Of a stretch of 64,000 nucleotides of DNA, positions 59,496-64,000 are shown piece by piece (within the stretch, counting starts at the first letter, position 1; the number at the start of each line of letters is the position of its first letter). A program made the position numbers and the translations under genes. Source of the DNA: Sedimentisphaerales bacterium (GTDB lineage Bacteria; Planctomycetota; Phycisphaerae; Sedimentisphaerales; SM23-30); assembly GCA_963666285.1 (NCBI GenBank), contig OY762711.1; one strand, given 5' to 3'. Under the pieces are notes generated by a model. It saw only the letters and a list, made by a program, of their open reading frames with translations, searched no databases and was not told where the DNA came from.

Positions 59496-60548
59496 TTACG
59501 CCACAATACTCTCAGCTGACAACACCGGCCCCATCGACTTCTCGGTGAAGTTAATGATATTCTGCATCATTTCAACTGCTTCCACAGGATGCTTGCCGCT
59601 CGCCGTCTCACCTGACAACATAACATAATCCGAACCGTCGAGAATAGCGTTCGCCACATCGCTCACCTCCGCCCTGGTCGGTCGGATATTCTCGGTCATA
59701 CTCTCCAGCATCTGGGTCGCGGTTATAACAAACTCATCTCGCTGGATACTTTTCTTGATGATCATCTTCTGGACCATCGGAACTTCATACATCGGCAGCG
59801 ATACTCCCATGTCACCGCGAGCTATCATCACGCCATCTGAAACATCCAGTATCTCATCGATATTATTAATACCTTCACGGCTCTCGATCTTCGCGATCAG
59901 CGGACAGTTGTATTTATGCTTATTAATAAAGTCTCGTACGCTTATCATATCCTGGGCCGAACGAACAAAAGACTGCGCTATCAGGCTAACCTTATTCTTT
60001 ATGCCAAACAGCAGATCTTCCTTATCGCCCTCGGTCAAACTATCGAACTCCAGATCGGCATCCGGAATATTGATACCCTTGTTATTCTTTAGCCTGCCCG
60101 GCACAATTACTTCGGCGGTTATCTCGTTTTCGTCACTGCTGATAGCCTTCAGCACGATATTACCGTCATCAATAAATATATTATGACCAGGCTTGATACA
60201 GGTAAACGCTCCCTGGTAATCAAAAGGAATTATATCCGTCTGATCGGTTGCCTCGCCCCGTACCAGCGTTACAATATTGCCCTGCTTGAGCTTGATCGCG
60301 TTATACTCGTTCAGGAACTTTCCGACACGTATCCTGAAACCCGCCAGATCCTGCAATATCGGGATACGCGGACCGCCGTTCTCAAACTGAATCTTACGGA
60401 TCAGGTCAATGTTCTGCTGATGAGTCTCATGTGTACCATGAGAAAAATTCAACCGTGCTACACCCATTCCGGCCTTTACCATACGCGCTAATATCTCAGG
60501 CGTATTACTGGCCGGACCAATAGTACAAATAATTTTGGCTCTTGACAT
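59496..60548 (-). CDS. pyk: pyruvate kinase, short form (no C-terminal regulatory domain)
   Basis: KIICTIGPAS, RLNFSHG, AKIES, MIARGDMG, ATQMLESM, PTRAEVSD, MLSGETA; only 350 aa. Confidence 0.9.
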   Translation of the reverse strand: MSRAKIICTIGPASNTPEILARMVKAGMGVARLNFSHGTHETHQQNIDLIRKIQFENGGPRIPILQDLAGFRIRVGKFLNEYNAIKLKQGNIVTLVRGEATDQTDIIPFDYQGAFTCIKPGHNIFIDDGNIVLKAISSDENEITAEVIVPGRLKNNKGINIPDADLEFDSLTEGDKEDLLFGIKNKVSLIAQSFVRSAQDMISVRDFINKHKYNCPLIAKIESREGINNIDEILDVSDGVMIARGDMGVSLPMYEVPMVQKMIIKKSIQRDEFVITATQMLESMTENIRPTRAEVSDVANAILDGSDYVMLSGETASGKHPVEAVEMMQNIINFTEKSMGPVLSAESIVA

Positions 60549-60987
60549 TTTTCTACTCTCTTAGTTATCTTTTGCACTCTACATGTGCAAGTTTTTTAAA
60601 ACAAGCCGTGAGCGACAGCGAATTATTCCTGATGTCAACGTACATCAGGACACCTTAACTCTTCTCTTACTTCTTCACTCTTCACTTATTCTAAGTACTC
60701 TCTCTATCTGACTCCGGCTTATATAAGCCGAAATCGTTGCGAATTATAGCGGGTATCCAAATCGATTACAATACTTATTCCGGGAATTATCTCAGTTTTT
60801 TTCTAACCGGCATAAAAATAAACATTTACACAGAAAAAATTAACTCCCAACCCATACAGCACACCCATCTTAACAATGAAATTTTTTTCACTCTAACACC
60901 TCCCTAACACTACAACTCAAAAAACTTCTAACCTCTTACCTCTCTCTTCTCGATTCTCCCTACTCTCTTCTCGCTTCTCTCTTCTAA

Positions 60988-61443
60988 CTATTCTCCTATA
61001 TCCTCATTCCACAGCTCAGGTTTCTCCGCGATAAAACGCTCCATAAGCTCAACACACCTTTGGTCATCTACCACCAGCACCTCTACTCCCCTGGCACGCA
61101 GCGAATCCTCATCACCCATAAACGTTCGATTCTCACCTATCACCACATACGGTATCTTATACAGCAGTGCCATACCCGCACACATCGGACACGGCGACAA
61201 GGTCGTATACAACACACTCTCTTTATACACCGAAGCCGCTCGACGACCCGCGTTCTCTACCGCGTCCATCTCACCATGCAATATCGCGCTGCCCTTCTGC
61301 ACGCGACGGTTATGACCGCGACCGATTATCTCGCCTTTATAGACCAGCACCGAACCTATTGGGATACCGCCCTCGGCATAACCAACCTCCGCTTCACGAA
61401 CTGCCTCTGTCATAAACTTTTCGTCATAAATTTCTTTTATCAT
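60988..61443 (-). CDS. zinc-dependent nucleoside/cytosine deaminase (yeast FCY1-like)
   Basis: EGGIPIG, GHNRRVQ, HGEMD, TLSPCPMC, W.EDIGE. Confidence 0.88.
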   Translation of the reverse strand: MIKEIYDEKFMTEAVREAEVGYAEGGIPIGSVLVYKGEIIGRGHNRRVQKGSAILHGEMDAVENAGRRAASVYKESVLYTTLSPCPMCAGMALLYKIPYVVIGENRTFMGDEDSLRARGVEVLVVDDQRCVELMERFIAEKPELWNEDIGE

Positions 61444-61650
61444 AGCTCACCTGCATTAAAACAATTTACAAACCGTCAAGCACTTACCTCTTACTTCTCT
61501 TTTCTGACTTTTTTTTACTCTTTTTATTTTACACTTTACTCTTTTTTCATACTACCATAACCGCAAAACATATCAAGAAATTCTTTTCAAAATACTATAC
61601 CGCCTGTATATCGTCAATTTCCAACTCGAATCGCCATAATGGATTTATCC

Positions 61651-61680
61651 TTGACCCACCTGTAAAAAATACTGTAGAAT
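61651..61680 (+). promoter_or_regulatory. putative sigma-70 promoter upstream of fprA
   Basis: TTGACC-18bp-TAGAAT. Confidence 0.5.
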
Positions 61681-61684
61681 TATA

Positions 61685-61759
61685 GGTTGCTTCTGGAAAT
61701 TGCTTTTGATGCGAGAAATAGATCTGTTCGCAGTACAAAATGATTTTCTAGAAGTGGCC
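61685..61759. mobile_element. palindromic MITE-like element, copy 3 (shortest)
   Basis: GGTTGCTTCTGGAAATTGCTTTTGATGCGA...CAAAATGATTTTCTAGAAGTGGCC, flanked by TATA/CATA. Confidence 0.65.
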
Positions 61760-61854
61760 CATAACTTAAAAAAACTATAAAAAGGCTAAGGACATTGCTC
61801 ACCACAATATTCTGCAATATCCCGCCTGACCACTCACAGGAGAGAGACACAACT

Positions 61855-63048
61855 ATGCAAAACGCTATACCAATATCAGACAATATATTCTGGGTCGGTG
61901 TCAACGACCGACAGACAGACCTGTTCGAAGGAATGTGGCCGCTGCCCAGGGGCGTATCATACAACAGCTACCTGGTAGCCGGCGAAAAAGTAGCACTCAT
62001 GGACACCGTCAAGGAAGGATCAATGCCGATCTTCCTCGATAGAATCGCAAACGTCCTGCCAAATAAACTCAAAATCGATTATCTGGTTATCCACCATCTC
62101 GAACCGGACCATTCCGGCTCGATCCCGCACCTCAAAAAACTGTTCCCAGAAATGACTATCATCGGCAACCAGAAAACCGCTGAATTCGTCGAACATCTCT
62201 TCGGCATAACTGAAGGCGTACAAATCGTCAAGGAAGGTGACGAGCTCGACCTCGGCGGAAAAAAACTCAAGTTCTTCATGACCCCGATGGTACACTGGCC
62301 CGAAACCATGATGAGCTATGAACTCGAAAGTAAAACACTTTTCTCCGGCGACGCCTTCGGCGGTTTCGGCACACTCGACGGCAGTATCTTTGACGACCAG
62401 CTTGACATCTCATATTACGAAGATGAGATACTACGCTACTTCTCCAACATCGTCGGCAAATACACCGGACCCGTACAGAAAGCGATCGGCAAACTCAGCG
62501 GCATCGATATCAAAACCGTCTGTGCCACCCACGGACCCGTATGGCGCAGCAAACCGGCCGAGATCATCGGACTATACGACAAATGGAGCAAACAGGAAAC
62601 CGAACCCGGCATCGTCATCGCCTACGGCTCCATGTACGGCAACACCGCCAACATGATGGAAGCCGTCGCCCACGGCATAACCGACGCCGGCTGCTCTGAG
62701 ATCAGGGTACACGACCTCTCAAGGAGCCATCTGTCATATGTCATCCGCGACACATGGCGATACAAAGGGCTCATACTTGGCAGCTCTACCTACGACCTCG
62801 GCATTTTCCCGCCGGTTGACGCTCTCGTCAAACTGCTGCAGGCCAAAAAACTATCCAACCGGACCGTAGGAATCTTCGGCAGCTACGGATGGTCCGGCGG
62901 CGCCGTATCCGGCCTCCGATCATTCGCCGAGACTACTAAACAGAACCTCATCGAACCGGTCGTCGAATCACGGTTCACGCCCGGCGATGATCTGCTCGAA
63001 CAATGCCGACAGCTCGGCTATAACGTAGCCAAAGCCGTCATGCAATAG
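61855..63048 (+). CDS. fprA: A-type flavoprotein (flavodiiron protein)
   Basis: GVSYNSYL, HHLEPDHSG, HWPE, SGDAFG, HGP, YGSMYGNT, FGSYGW. Start taken at MQNAI. Confidence 0.93.
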   Translation: MQNAIPISDNIFWVGVNDRQTDLFEGMWPLPRGVSYNSYLVAGEKVALMDTVKEGSMPIFLDRIANVLPNKLKIDYLVIHHLEPDHSGSIPHLKKLFPEMTIIGNQKTAEFVEHLFGITEGVQIVKEGDELDLGGKKLKFFMTPMVHWPETMMSYELESKTLFSGDAFGGFGTLDGSIFDDQLDISYYEDEILRYFSNIVGKYTGPVQKAIGKLSGIDIKTVCATHGPVWRSKPAEIIGLYDKWSKQETEPGIVIAYGSMYGNTANMMEAVAHGITDAGCSEIRVHDLSRSHLSYVIRDTWRYKGLILGSSTYDLGIFPPVDALVKLLQAKKLSNRTVGIFGSYGWSGGAVSGLRSFAETTKQNLIEPVVESRFTPGDDLLEQCRQLGYNVAKAVMQ

Positions 63049-63068
63049 CATACCAACCCAACCAAAAC

Positions 63069-63100
63069 TCAAACATTCAAACATTCAAACATTCAAACAC
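63069..63100 (+). repeat. 8-bp tandem repeat TCAAACA(T/C) x4
   Basis: Read directly between the fprA stop and its terminator. Confidence 0.85.
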
Positions 63101-63112
63101 TCAACCAACACT

Positions 63113-63143
63113 AAAGGGCAGGCACCACACCTGCCCTTTTTTT
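63113..63143 (+). terminator. intrinsic terminator after fprA
   Basis: AAAGGGCAGG-CACCACA-CCTGCCCTTTTTTT. Confidence 0.85.
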
Positions 63144-63187
63144 ATTTCGCAGACTCCAATCTAACTTTCAACCTATCGACAAACTCC

Positions 63188-64000
63188 TTACCCTTCCTTC
63201 TTAACTATTCGCTCTTTTACCTTATCGATTGCCCTGGGTATCTCTTTTAGAACAGATTCATATTCAAATTTCAACGGACATTCAATATCCTGAGTATTTA
63301 CAATGCCATCAAGCTCTATTAATTTACTATTTAGAAAATCTACTACCTGCTCATCTTTTCCAATACACCCAAGCATATGTGCTGACATCATGCTCAAATC
63401 GTTAAAAGTGCCTTTAATTATTTCAATTGCATCAACATATGGATACAGCTTTGCTATTGCAATTACCAGGTAATAACGACTATCGGCATAAACCGGATTC
63501 TTTACAGCTTCCACCACCCATTCTTTTACATTAGTAACATCACAAAAGGCAATTATCCCGGCTATAGCCCACCTTAACTGGCTATCACTTTCAAGATCTT
63601 CATATATTTCCGCAAGCAGTTTCCCATCAATCTCACCATCTATTCGTCGCAGCGCATAAACGATCACTTCCCTCGCTCTATTATTTTTCGTACTCCCCAG
63701 ATGTTTTAACAGAATCATTTCTTCAGCAGAACTCAAATAATCATCCAGGAACTTATATTCCATCACAAACTCAACATCAAATCCATTATCATTTAGCTCT
63801 TTAATAATTCTTCCATGCTCTGTTTCATATTCCTCTCCATAATCCTGCGTTACAAACAAAGCTTCTTTCCTTGCCACAGCTAAATTCTTCTTATCCTTTC
63901 TGTACCGCTTCGGCCGCCCATGACTATAATCTTCAACCTCACCACCGGTCACCTCTTTACGAGCATCATGCAGCTTGTACTTTTTCTTCCTGCCCTTAAC
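63188..64000 (-). CDS. hypothetical protein with a HEAT-like helical C-terminus; 5' end lies outside the window
   Basis: The frame stays open from the listed GTG (63952) to the window edge (VKGRKKKYKLHDARKE..). Confidence 0.55.
   Translation of the reverse strand, partial: VKGRKKKYKLHDARKEVTGGEVEDYSHGRPKRYRKDKKNLAVARKEALFVTQDYGEEYETEHGRIIKELNDNGFDVEFVMEYKFLDDYLSSAEEMILLKHLGSTKNNRAREVIVYALRRIDGEIDGKLLAEIYEDLESDSQLRWAIAGIIAFCDVTNVKEWVVEAVKNPVYADSRYYLVIAIAKLYPYVDAIEIIKGTFNDLSMMSAHMLGCIGKDEQVVDFLNSKLIELDGIVNTQDIECPLKFEYESVLKEIPRAIDKVKERIVKKEG

Noticed and set aside
1..64000. CRISPR array, rRNA, tRNA, integrase or transposase genes
   Set aside because: I found no regularly spaced repeat-spacer series, no cloverleaf and no recognisable recombinase ORF. 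The GGTTCGA motifs at 16864-16886 lack tRNA stems.

Overview
Bacterial chromosomal window. It is probably from a flagellated planctomycete (Phycisphaerae-like). This is an inference from the H-X9-DG prepilin-type protein, the PEP-CTERM and dockerin-like tails, and the BlaI/M56 pair with a non-penicillin-binding tail. From left to right it contains: a Wza/Wzc/Wzx/Wzy exopolysaccharide locus (1-14.6 kb) behind a sigma-54-type promoter; flagellin; mutS; BlaI/BlaR1-like regulators; a three-transporter operon; PMM/PGM; two mosaic paralogous lipoproteins; a RelE/ParE toxin-antitoxin pair; a YtrA-type GntR/ABC operon; FapA; carbohydrate-active enzymes (PL8, a CE8-esterase fusion, GH92); a BtuF/BtuD-like pair with no permease; a PilZ protein; an MCP; lnt; a nitroreductase; a short pyruvate kinase; cytosine deaminase; and FprA. 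The most striking element is at 51.6-56.7 kb on the minus strand. A clear cobalamin riboswitch with a long two-tier leader heads a four-gene unit: two PEP-CTERM proteins, a dockerin-tailed secreted protein and a prepilin/H-X9-DG protein. There is no TonB-dependent BtuB in the unit, so it is a candidate non-canonical surface B12-capture system. The window also holds a three-copy palindromic MITE-like family with apparent target-site duplications and a second dispersed repeat. I found no rRNA, tRNA, CRISPR array or transposase. All family calls come from motif recognition by eye; no database searches were run.
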